Below the pieces are notes generated by a model. That model saw nothing but the letters and a program-made list of their open reading frames with translations. It made no database searches and was not told where the DNA came from. DNA of 64,000 nucleotides, taken from Saccostrea echinata. Taxonomy: Eukaryota. Positions 24,414 to 36,311 of this stretch are shown here, piece after piece. The DNA lies in NCBI RefSeq assembly GCF_033153115.1, contig NW_026889835.1:3224001-3288000 (forward strand), in the 5' to 3' direction. The position numbers and the translations under genes are program-made. Position 1 is the first letter of the stretch; each line of letters starts with the position of its first letter.

Positions 24414-27400
24414 ATGGCGGCATCCGAAGAACAAATGATGTCGTCTGGGGTTGTTGTGTTACAGGAATTCGTGGAGATGTTTCAGCTTCCAAAAATTAGT
24501 CAGGTAGTGGGTGGACAAGGGTTAAAAGATGCCCCGTTCGGTGTGGGAGAGGCGCTAATGTTGAGGACGCTGGCAGTGGAAAGTGTGGGCTTCAGATTTT
24601 ATGATGCGGATGCAGGCTCACGGCGCGAGGTCAGAGTGCCCGTTGACAACAACTTCAAATTTCATGTTGTGCAGGACTACAATTCACCTACTCCAAAGGT
24701 TTATCCGACTGTAGCAGATTTGTTGGAAGACTGTCCGACAGTTTTCAGGGCGAATACGGAAGTTATGACCAAAAATGGTAGAACATTGCAATGTGGGAGT
24801 GTATTGAAATTTGTTCGGAAAATACGGTCCATTATCGATAGAAGTCTTTGTTTAGAGTGTAAAGATTCTGCTGGAACAAATCATAGTTTACCATTGACTT
24901 CTCAAGGAAACTTTACGGTTACACACGACCCATCATCATACACTCTACAAGATATTATCTCTCTAGGTGCAGTGGAAAGAACTTTAAGACTTTCTAATGA
25001 AAATAAGAAATTTGCTGTCGTCCGGGACAGTCGTAGTACTGAAAATGACGTCACGAGTCATTTACCGGTTTACGACAATGTTCAGACCAAAGATGCTGCA
25101 CTGTCACGAATAACCGGTCTACCTCTTACATTCAAAGGCAATATTTACATGCAGCGGCCGGAGCTATTTCTTCTTGCCTCTCCCGCCGATGATTTCGAAG
25201 TGAGATGGAAAATTGCATTAGATTCAGGACTACATTTCACAATTCCTGAAGAGGAGAAAAATGTTGACTACGAAGAACCAATCAAACCAGAATTAGTGCT
25301 AAAACAATTTGTTGAAGAATTTGAACAAGATTTTCCTGTAATAGCAAGAGTTGGCAGATGTGATCATCTACACGAAAAATTTCAAAATTATTTGACAGAA
25401 AACTTAGAGGTGCTTGTTCACCGAGTTGACAAGGTTGAGAAATTATTGTGTAGTATTTCTGATGAAAAATTTTGCATTAGTGAAAGAGTTAAAGGCAGAT
25501 TGCGGAAGTCTTTGACGCGGTTTCAGTCACTGTCAGAGCTGATGTCAATGGATTTGACAGAGGAGGAAGTCAAGATAAAAATGATGGAGGACATAGCAGC
25601 CGACGTACCTGTGCATTTCTCTCTAAAAGCAGGTGATATTATCATCTTTAAGAATTTCCATGTCTTCACAGTGAACGTAAAACTTGGAAAAAAGTCGTAC
25701 GGGAAATTTGAAGTTGTTTCTTGTGAAAAAATTCTTGAAGATGAAACAAAACAAAAACTGCAGCTACCGTTGGATCTTGAAGCAGATTTCATTAAGCTTC
25801 CAAAACTTGGTGAAGAATCTGGATTTGACATTAATATGGTTTTCTCGAAATCTATCAATTTACCATTAACTGTTGATTTTATTCCCACGTGTAATACAGA
25901 AAAGTGCTTTCTACCAACCGATCAAGATATGACGATAGAAAACTTGGTAATCGATTCTGTCGCGGTCATTTCACCAATGCCTCGTAGAGAAAACGGGCGG
26001 GAATCTGCGCTTAGCGCGCGATTAAAATTCTGTCTTTTGCTTCCACTGAGAAGTGACATAAATCTAAGATTAGAGGAGAGGTTGCAATTTCCACCAAATT
26101 ATTTTATATTCCCAAGAAGACACACATGGATAGAAGAGGACGTTGAAAAACTGTCGGAGGGTGAATACGGGTTTTTGACAAAATATAACGATAGTGCGTA
26201 TGAGGACTATTCATTTCGACAAGCTTTTTCTGAATGTGATCTCAAAGGCTATAATGATTCACAATCGTAAGTACCCAGTAATATAAAGCTAATATATGAC
26301 AGATGATTTCAAGTTCAACTCTTGTTCACTTTTGAATTGCATGCTTCTAATGTATTTCCAGTGAAAAATCGACAAAGAAAAGTAGTAAAAAATTAAAGAA
26401 AAAAGTTCGCTCTGCAACAGAGCTCCAACTAGACAAGATTGACCTTGATAAAGTGACCTCTCAAGGTCGATCGAGAACTGGAAGTGAGAGTGATCTCGTT
26501 ACACATGCTGTCAGACAGGATATTGATGGTAGGATTTTGATCAAAAATTGAATATTTATAAATTGTTTGCGAATTTTTACAGAACTATCTAACTTAATTA
26601 AAAATCACCCCAAGGGAAAACTAAATGTGCTTCATTTTAACTTCTGAACTTTAGGTTTAACTATTAAATATTACCATTTGCAGATGAAAACATATACGAG
26701 ACATTTGAACCTGGTAAAAGGAGAAAGGAGCGGAGAAAATCAGGTTTGGAAATTAAGTCCTCAAACTGAAAACATTGATGATAATAGAACTTTAGTGTAA
26801 TGCTTAAATATTTCCTGTATTAAGTATGGTACGGGCCATTAATTTTTCATCTGTGGTATACTTTACATAACAGTAATAAATCCATAATTATCCTTCAATG
26901 TATGCACCAGTTGCATGGTTGCTGCATATATCAGGTGATGTGTATCCACATAATTTGAAGCAGGATTTGTCTATTAATACCAGCTAACTGCTTAGCACAA
27001 TAGGTACATGTATCCCCACCAAACTTGAATGCTTTCCGAGAAGTATGCTTGTTAAGCTCATTGACAAACATGCTCCAGTCATTGACTGTTTAAGCATAGC
27101 ATTCCCAACATCAGACTCGATGGGCATTTTTAAAAATCTGTATCTGACAGTATACTCCATATAGCAAGGCCTAGATTCATGTTTATCTTAACAAAAATTT
27201 TAAGAAATATTTTATGCTCTTTTTAGTCAAACCTCATTATATTGTAAGGATGGAACCAAGAAAAACTTTCAAGACATTCAGTATTCCCAATACTGAGGTT
27301 AAAATTCATAAATGTAGTTAGGACTTCCAACTAACTTTGAGATATCCATGGTATTTAAGATAACGAAGTTCAACTTTATATTTTTTTTTTCAGAAACATC

Positions 27401-27443
27401 ACTCAAAAGTCGGATCAAGAGAAGAGTGTCAAAAATCTTCTAA
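24414..27443 (+). CDS. Tandem CABIT-domain (THEMIS-like) protein, ~709 aa
   Basis: Exons 24414-26266, 26362-26528, 26684-26743, 27394-27443 (2130 nt in frame). Two repeats start LQEFVEMFQLPKISQV and LKQFVEEFEQDFPVIARV. Each has the CABIT signature phi-x-C-x(n)-LP-phi-xxx-G-x-F: LECKDSAGTNHSLPLTSQGNFTVTHDPSSYTLQDII (compare THEMIS VSC...[26 protein letters not shown]) and VSCEKILEDETKQKLQLPLDLEADF. Basic, Tyr-motif tail ends ...RRVSKIF*. Confidence 0.82.
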
Positions 27444-27648
27444 CAAGCTAGTCTTGAAGGCTCCAAATAAAATATTTATTTCTATTTACTCATTGATTCC
27501 AGAAGTCTGGCATATTTGTGGAATTATTTTGATGTACCAACTCACAAAAATAAAAACAACCGAAACAAATTAGTTAATTTATTGGATTTATGTTTATAAA
27601 ACAGTCTTTTCCCTCATATAACACAACTTCACTTCTAGTTTTCCTCCT

Positions 27649-27685
<37 letters not shown>

Positions 27686-27923
27686 AAAATTAATATATTT
27701 CCCCAATGCAAAATCATCTATACTAAATAAAACATACAATTTTTAACACTTTTGAACTATTGCTTAAAAATTTTTTTGATTAAAAAAGAAAGAACAATAA
27801 ATTTGTATATTTGTCTTCTATCTACAGAGAAATTGAAGTATTGTCCTCAAACAGTTGTACATTACTATTCACATACAATTCAAAAGAACTCGGATCAACT
27901 ATAGAGTTTCACTTACTTTGAAA

Positions 27924-30900
27924 TCATTCATCTGACCATGTAACTGTGCCATCTGGAGTAACTATGGTAAATGCTCCATCTTTGATGAGCTTTTGTTCTA
28001 GTTCATAGGGGTCTGTTTTGCTGAAAGATTTATAAAGAAGTTGTTATAAAACCAACATATGTAATCATGAGCTCCTCAAATGACTTTTTGATGAGATCTT
28101 CAATAGAAAATAACTAAAAGTGTGTATACAAAGTGTACAGATTGTTTAAGAATAGTGCAATTTTAAACAAGAAGCTAATGAGCCTTGACAGTCACCTGAG
28201 TATCCCAAGTTTTTATGACCAGTTTGGACACACCTGGAATTGATTTGGACTTGCATCACAAAAATTTCACAGTCTGGTGAGGACTTTATCAGTATTATTT
28301 TCATGACCCTGTAATCATTATTTTATATTCATGCACATTGCACCTAATCTCCTAGAAGTTCAAAAGAAGAAAAAGGTACACTGAATGATAAAATTCCAAT
28401 ATCCTAGCCCAAACCTGAGGCTTGATCCAGAGGGATAATTTTTGAAATTTTTTGTACAAGGTTAGGTGCTCATTACAATCATGCACAGTCCATGAGTAAT
28501 GAAGAAAATTTCAAAAATGTATTTTATTTTCAATATAAGAACAGCTTAGCCACACCCTGGAGCCTGAATGTGCCAGGGGCCATGAATTTCATTTTTGGTA
28601 AAGTGCTTAGTGTAATTCCAGCAGTTCGTCTGCCAGCTAGATGTCCGTGAGTAAATAAGATTTTCAAAGGTGTGGTGTATTTGACCAGCTAAGCCCCATC
28701 CTGAGGCCTAAATAGTGGACCAGCAGGCATTAATTTTATAATTTTGGTAAAGGGTTAGTAATGTTTGAAATCTTGCAACCAGTTGTGCTGGAAAAAGACG
28801 GTTTTTGCATTAATTCTGATGGTTTTGGACATACCTGTCTGCCCCCAAGAAGACCAAGACAAATGAAAGGATGTATTCATTATTACAAAAGAATTGACCT
28901 ATAGGAGAGAACAATTTCCCGGAAAAAGTGACATTTAAAAACCAATCTTTATTTGTTGTTTTCTACCGTATATATGTCTAAATTTTTCAAATTTGAATTT
29001 TACAACTAAAATTTATTATTTACAACTTCACAATAAACCTCCAAAGTTGGCCGAAACACCATTTTGTCCGTTAAAGCGTTGATTTTTGCATAAATTTTGG
29101 CCTAGAAGTCCTTCAGGGCAGGCCTGCCCCTAAATAAAATTGTGATATTTTGATAGGTTGGGATGTAAGGAATAATTTAAGATAGGATTTTTTTAGGGGC
29201 ACCCCTGCCCTAGGGTCGAAATTCACAAAAAACCTACAAAAATAAGTAAACTTGATTTTGACAATCTGCTTCAAATTTATACTGTTAAATCTTGTAGTCA
29301 GAATAGCTCATTTGATATATACGCTGACTTTTATATCGTGGGTACTTTATTTTTAAAGTCGGGGGTTCGAATCCACCTATTGCCACACTTTTATAGTTTT
29401 AAATTTTTGCCTTTTCAAAGACTATTTTAATTTTTTATAGGCTTGTGTATGTTTCTTCAATTATCTATCCTTTATGCATTCCCATTTTTGATATAAGAAA
29501 CACTAGAGAGAGAGATTAAATCATAACAATTCATTGTACAGTTGTCAGTCAGGCAGAACAACTCTCAGTATAGCACACTTTCTCCGAGGACAAGAATAAC
29601 TCGCTCTGTGTTACTCGATACAGGTATTCTCGGCAGCATTGAGCTGCGATGAATTTCAATTGTATATATTCCTTAGAATTTAATCACATTGCTTTTATTC
29701 TGTCTGTGCTACTAATGCATGGGTTACATGTAGTACATGAATGTTACGTATTGCTTGAATTATTTGAGCTTAATATATTTAGAATAACATACATGTACTT
29801 TTGTTTTCAGTCAATGTTTTAAGATCTTAAGTTTTGAAACAGTAGGACTACATATATCTGTAACTGTACTCCCTTGGATTTCATTTAGGCCCATATGATT
29901 TGCACACATTAATTGCATGTTTTTTTTATATCCAACTGAAATGTGTTGTAAAATAAATAGCCTAGACATAAAAAATAGAGTTCCAGAGACAGTAGACATT
30001 ACCATTATGTACAATGAGAAGTAAAGAAAAATATCAATTATTACATTTGGAGATAAACTCAGAATATCAATGAAAGTGTTCCTCCTACCTCTACTCACTG
30101 AAATAAAGATTTATGAAAAACAAATTGTTACATGTATTCAGCCTAATGTCATTAATCGGAACGGAAATCGACAAGCTTTTTGTAGAGAAAAAACCAAGCC
30201 TGGCCCTATAGGTCAGATCCCTATTTATACAGAAGTGAACCTTTGTAATTTTTGTTCCCCTTTACTCACAGATAGTATTGACCAAACACTGGTTGATGGT
30301 TGAATTGGTTCAACTGTTACAAAATGCCCAAAAGTTTATGACTGTAGCACAATGAATGAAGGGGCACAAAACAGATGGCAACAGGTCACCTGTGTTACTC
30401 AGGTGACCTGAAAAGTGAAATTCTGTACTGATCTGGTTATTAGAGAAATAAAACATAGATATGTCAACAATTTACTTATATGATTTAAGTATTGTCTGTG
30501 CAGTAACCAATTTATTTATTTATTTTTTCTTGCATACAAATTTGTTTTATACTGGGTAGATCCTTTTTAGGACATTGATATTGTGTATGCACTCATTCTC
30601 TGTACTTTCAAAATGCTGGATACATGTATATGCATTATAATTTAAAATTATTTGCAAAAGTATATTTGTGAATATGAAACGCTAATGTAGAGCAAGGAAG
30701 AATTTCACTGGTGAAGGAGAGATAACCTCAACATCACTGAAGAAACTGCAACATAATGATAGCCGACTCACTGTTTAGCTACTCATAGTATTTTAAGGCA
30801 TTCTTTTTCTATATGAGTTATACGTACATACACAATTCTCATACCAACTGAAATACATTGACATAAACATGAATGTTGGGTAAATTTTCTTCATGTCACC

Positions 30901-32723
30901 TATTTATAAGCAGTATCAAGATTCTTAACAATAGCATGTACTAGTTCACCATAGTTTTCATTATGCAGAGGTTCATAGCTAAATATCTTGCTTACTGACA
31001 TCAGAATCTGAAAGTTAATCTGTTCCATTATAAGCATAAAAGTGAAAATGTCCTTCACAACTATGGAAAATGTGACAATACATGTCATTCAAACAATAAA
31101 CATTTATTAGTTATCAGAATCTAAAAATTATTGTGGAAAAAGGTTGCAAACCAAAATATCAAAAAAATTATACTGTAATATATGAAGTATGAAAAGACCC
31201 TAGCAAAACAGTAACCCTAAATATACCCTAAACTTTATGGAGAAGCTTGAATATCATTGGGAGAATCTAGCATTGAAGCTTCTTCAGACAAGTTTTACTT
31301 ATGATTCATCAGTTTGAAACTCCATCTGTGGCTATTAATTTTTGCAAAATGAAATGAGGAAATACTCTTCATAACTAGATGTGATTTTACAGTACATTTA
31401 AGTTTTGATTCCATGAAATTGTGACCCCATGGAAAGAAAAGTACGTTTACAGAAGTTATTTCCCATAAAAACCTCCCTAACACTTGGGAATGTGGTGAGC
31501 TGTAAAAAATATTCAATGACAAGATTTGCATATTTAGAAAAGGGACTTTACAGGGATCGACATTAACGGTTGTCCGATTGCCCGAGACAAGTAAATTCTC
31601 AGTCGGGCAAGTGAAACTGTCAACTTACTTGTCCGATCGGGCAAGTGAATTTTTCTGATAGAAATGTATATTGGTATCTAGTTTACATTAATTGTAAATA
31701 AAACAATAGATTGAACACGAGATTTCCGCCAGATACGTGACTGACATTGCTCCCTTGGATTTCTAGATTATATTGTTCATTAAAAATCGGGTTCGTTATT
31801 CTTTTTTATTTCATGTTAAGTACGCTCTACATATTACAACTTTGTTAACTACTTAATTCATTCACACTGACAGAATATAACATGACCTATCCTGATCAAG
31901 ATATGTATGTTTCATTGCAACTATCTTCCTTAGCGTTGCATCAATCAAAATTCACAAAACAAAACGATCCTACCCAAAATGATTTTTTATTAAAAAGGAA
32001 ACAGATGGTTATTGATGCATTGCAGTGTGTGTTTACAGATTAAATTGACAAGGAAAGTGGCAGTATACATTTATGTCCAAACGTACCATCTAAATTTTTT
32101 CAGGTACCTCAACTTGCCAGATTTATAGTAGTGTATCTGTTCACACTTTTACATATCATAATATGTACGGCAATAAATTATTTTCCTATTTGGGCAACCA
32201 AGTTTTGCATTCGGACAAGTCAAAATTTCAGATCGATTGCCCGAAGGGCAAGTGAATCTGAAAGTTAACGTCTATCCCTGCTTTATGTCATGAAACATTG
32301 TGAATTCTCGTAAATTTCCTCTAATTCGTGTATCCCCAAGTTTAAACTCCATGTTCCAGGAGCATAAAACTTAGATGAGCTCACTTTTCATCTCTGTCTC
32401 ACTTTTTCACAATAAATTCCTTTTATAAAAGTGAGACTAAAATCAAAAAAGAGTATGTCTAAGTTTTATGGCCCCAGAGCAAAGTCTTCAACCATTTGCA
32501 TATTTAGGAGTTTGAACACTTTTTGTAGTAAATTATCTATATACTGTATTTTTTAATATCTTTACCTGAAGTAGTCAAGATGTTTGTTTTTAATTTGCCT
32601 GACACCATAGTAGTACACTGGAATTGTTCCCAAAAATGACAGACCAACAATGACTGCCATCCTCTTCTTGACATAATCAGCAAATAAATTTCTAAGTTGT
32701 GGTTTGGGTAGTCGGGCAGCCAT
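27924..32723 (-). CDS. COX6C: Cytochrome c oxidase subunit 6C (84 aa)
   Basis: Coding exons 32723-32566 and 28020-27924 give MAARLPKPQLRNLFADYVKKRMAVIVGLSFLGTIPVYYYGVRQIKNKHLDYFSKTDPYELEQKLIKDGAFTIVTPDGTVTWSDE*. LPKPQxR, a single TM helix and a D..E....G.F tail fit COX6C. Probable non-coding exons at ~35420-35331 (donor GTGAGT) and from 27646. Confidence 0.85.
28166..30414 (+). mobile_element. Old HINE/Helentron-like element with nested insertions in a COX6C intron
   Basis: Start AACAAG...GTCACCTGAG (28166-28200) pairs with end CAGGTCACCTGTGTTACTCAGGTGACCTGAAAA (30382-30414). Decayed ~150-bp repeats at 28380-28800; unrelated sequence in the middle. Confidence 0.55.
29318..29380 (+). mobile_element. 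tRNA-derived SINE-like head remnant
   Basis: B-box GGTTCGAATCC at ~29364 with an A-box-like TAGCTCA at ~29304. No intact cloverleaf. Confidence 0.35.
31551..32280. mobile_element. 730-bp non-autonomous TIR element, 5-bp TSD (hAT5-like)
   Basis: TIR CAGGGATCGACATTAAC / GTTAACGTCTATCCCTG, flanked by CTTTA on both sides. Subterminal GGGCAAGT / ACTTGTCC repeats. Confidence 0.85.
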
Positions 32724-33918
32724 CTTAAAAAAAAAAGGAAATATCAATAAACTTACTGATAAACTGAAATTTAAACTTACTCAAGATACTACTGTATTTC
32801 AATCAATTATTTTCTTCTTCCCACAAAGAGCTTGCAAAATGCAAACCACAGTTACATGAATATGGTCACTGTAACAAACTCAAAAAAAAAAAAAAATGTG
32901 TTTCTAGACATATCTTCACCACAGAACACCTCCAATATAGATGCACTGTATCAAAACATAAAAAATCTGTCCTATATAGATTTTGTGGAATATAAGCTAA
33001 GTTATACTAATAATAAGATTACATACTCTCTTAGTCTTTTAAATATTGCTGAGAGTGTTTATGCATTGCAACTAAATAAGTAATCCACACAATCACTGAA
33101 TAAAAACTATAACACATTTTCTCAACATTATTTTTTCTAACTTGAAATTTATCCACATTATTGAAATTTAGAATTTTGCAAAATGTTCATGGTGCACATG
33201 TAGAACAGCCAGTCCCTGTTTATTTTGCTGCATCACAAATACATGGAACCAACCTTTATTGTGAAACAGTGAACTATGTCAATACAATGTATTACTTTTA
33301 AAAACAACAAGCACTAACTGTAACAGGGATCGTTACAGATGTTCCCCAAATGGCTCCTCTGCTCCCTTGTGGTGCCCCATTCTGCCACTCCCTTCAACTT
33401 TCAATGAATTTGGCAATACTTTTTATAATAAACTTTACTTTATTTTCCAAAGTACTATTTTTGAATAACAATGCAGATAAGTACATGTTGCCATATATAT
33501 GAGTATTAGGCAATCAGATTATGCATGTTTTCAAGAATTGTCATTTATATATCATCTTATGTTATTAAATAGGACTACGTCTCAAATTTCAAAGAATTTC
33601 ATTGAAAACCAAGAAAGATAAAAAAAAAAAATAACCATAAAAAAACTTCTTACCCCCTAAAATTGTTAAACATTACCCTAGGGTCATCATGATGCAGAAA
33701 AAATACGAAACAAATTTTAAAAATCAAGTCCATTGTTGTTGCCCTGATAGAGTTTATTAACTCACATTGGAACTTTCTAGGAATAAATCATTGTTTTAAT
33801 TTCCAAGTGGCAGTAATTGGAATTTCAACGTCAACAATCTATTAAAATTTTTTGAAAAATCCATCCAATTCTTAACAAAACAGGAAGTCTGAATAAAAAA
33901 TATCTGACATGGCATATT

Positions 33919-34926
33919 GGGAGCCAGTCAATGCGCCCCCTAACAAAACTGTTCCGGTCAAAGCGCCCCCTAATTTTGGTCAAAGAGCCCCCTGATTTTA
34001 GTCAAAGTGCCCCCTAAAATTTTTTTACAGTAAACCGCCCCCAAATATTGGTCAAAGCGTCCCCTAATATAAATTTAGCTGGGCAATGGTATCATTCTTT
34101 TTTGGGTGGGTGGGTGGGTGCTTTTTGTTAATTAAATGATACCGGCGAACATTCTCAAAAATTTCTTGTATGATAAAAGCATTTCTGTTCTATATTAAAA
34201 TAAATCAAACAAACAAAAGTCAACCCTAATTTGGAAATGTTTCTGAGAGATTATTGAGAAGGCATCCAAGTGGCAAGAGTTGGGTAACGGTATCCATATT
34301 TTTTTAGGGGGGAGGGGGATAATTAAATGATACTGGCAAACATTCTCATTTCTTTGGAAATGTTTTCTATAAGATTATTCAAACTTAATATTAATCTATT
34401 AAATATTTCATGGGTCACACTGAACAAACAAAAGAACTAAATAGCATAAATTAGTAAAGAGACCAAATTTAGGGGGCTTTTTGCAAACGAACATTCTATA
34501 AAAATATCTAAGGGGTGCTTTGACCAAAATAATGGGGCGCATTGACCAAAATCAGGGGGTGTCCATTGCTAAGTGACAGTTTCGAAACGGAGTTTTTCTA
34601 TAGAATTATATTAGGGGGCACTTTGACCAAAATCAGGAGGCGCTTTGACCAAAATCAGGGGGTGCTTTGGCCAATACTTGGGGGCAGTTTTGTAACATCG
34701 TTTACTGTAAAATTCCTTTAGGGGCGCTTTGACCAAAATCAGCTGGGGGTGCTTTGACCAGAATCAGGGGGCGCTTTGACCAATATTTGGGGGCGGTTTT
34801 GTAACATCATTTTACTGTAATATTTCTTTAGGGGGTGCTTTGACCAAAATCAGGGGGCTCTTTGACCAAAATCAGGGGGAACTTTGACCGGGATGGTTTT
34901 GTTAGGGGGCGCATTGACTGGATTTC
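33919..34926. mobile_element. 1.0-kb foldback-like element with 8-bp TSD and ~20-bp subterminal repeat arrays
   Basis: TIR core CCAGTCAATGCGCCCCCTAACAAAAC is inverted at ~34896-34921. GGTCAAAGCGCCCCC repeats on the left and GGGGGCGCTTTGACCAAAATCA arrays on the right. TSD GGCATATT at 33911-33918 and 34927-34934. Confidence 0.88.
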
Positions 34927-35330
34927 GGCATATTTATGTCAGATTGGCTTTGTCAAAAAGGCTAATGATGGTAATAAAAAGGTGAGTGAAGCTCAAATCA
35001 TTAATAAACAGTTTTGTAAACTGTTTATCAAACAACTTTCACATCTTTCATTGACATGTATTCCGTGAAACCCAATTGGAGGAATCCGTAAAATGTGTAA
35101 ATAAAAGAAGTACAATTATAGCGAGCGCAGCGAGCAGCGCGAAGCGCCGCTCGTCACTGCGAGCTCTAACGACAACGCCTGGGCGAAGAGAAAATTCGGA
35201 CTACTGCACATTCATTCAATAGAATTTTTTTCCGCAGTAATTCTGACCCACAATGCATCGCTTCTTGTTCTCGCTGCTAACTTCGTTCACGCGGTGACAA
35301 CAACTAAAAATTCACACAAAATAAACTCAC

Positions 35331-35530
35331 CTTAAGTTAATGGATATTGCATGCAGATAGTAGATTAAACGTTCTTTGTTAAAATATTTGCACTTTTTAA
35401 ACTTTGTTTATGGAAATGCAGCTAACATAGGACGTCATGTGACGTCACAGTCTAGACGTTCCAAATGTCTCGTGCGGTTTGAAGAGGCGGATCATAATAA
35501 TGAAGTGAACACTGCGCTCGCCCCAACGGT
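35331..35530 (-). promoter_or_regulatory. Probable COX6C promoter and non-coding first exon
   Basis: Minus-strand donor AAG|GTGAGT at 35331/35330. Palindromic CRE/ATF site GTGACGTCAC at 35439-35448 with an adjacent GACGTCA. Locally CpG-rich. The coding exon begins directly after an acceptor (TTTTTTAAG|ATG), which requires an upstream exon. Confidence 0.6.
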
Positions 35531-36311
35531 CGCACCGTCAACATATTATTTTACTTTCATTTTTAAAATATCAAACCTAATATACGAACTGAAAGCAAAA
35601 CCAGAATATATTTTGACCCTCAAAAATTCTCTTTCACTCCCAAAAGTTTAATTCGAAGGGTCATAGTGACCCTTGGTTTTCAAAGTTAGCGGAAGCACTG
35701 CATTATGTATATTTTTTTCATTTCCATACAAAAATTGCTATATTAAAACTACGAAAAATGATTTAAGTGACAGATACACAATCGAGGAAATTCAAAACTA
35801 TTCCGTTTGATTTATTCAGTTTACATTTAATGCAAAGAAAATCCTCGACCGAAAAAAGTTTTTGTGACATTTGAAGAAAGGTAATTTTTATTTAGACAAC
35901 AAGATTAAACTTTACTAGGATTGCTGAACAAATCAAAAGAACTGTAAATCACGTTACCTTTCCTTTGACTTGGTTTGAGGAACCCAAGGTCGTACGGGTG
36001 TAAGATAAGTCGTACAAAGAAATTCATGAGGAATAAATTAATTCGTACGGAAAAAGTAAACATCAGGGAAGAACACTAGTACGGAAAGCAAATTTCTGCC
36101 CTCACTTGTCAGAAATACGCCATCTCACCATAAGAAATGTTCATGACTTCAATTTTTGAGAGCATCGCAAAATTTATTGTATGATAGTTGATACAAAAAA
36201 GGAACATCAAAGTGATCAAAATCCCATCACTTCTCACTTTGTAAAGTCACCCACTGACAATTTTGCAAGATATTCTTGATTTAAATTCATAGTACTATTA
36301 CATGTTCTTAA

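Noticed and set aside
25523-25888. 121-aa minus-strand Ser/Phe-rich ORF
   Set aside because: Antisense shadow of the CABIT coding exon.
27651-27680. 30-nt poly(A) suggesting a retrocopy tail for the CABIT gene
   Set aside because: Better explained as the minus-strand polypyrimidine tract of the COX6C last acceptor; the CABIT gene has three introns.
34490-34920. Regularly spaced ~20-bp repeats resembling a CRISPR array
   Set aside because: No unique spacers, eukaryotic context, and the repeats are the subterminal array of a TIR element with a TSD.
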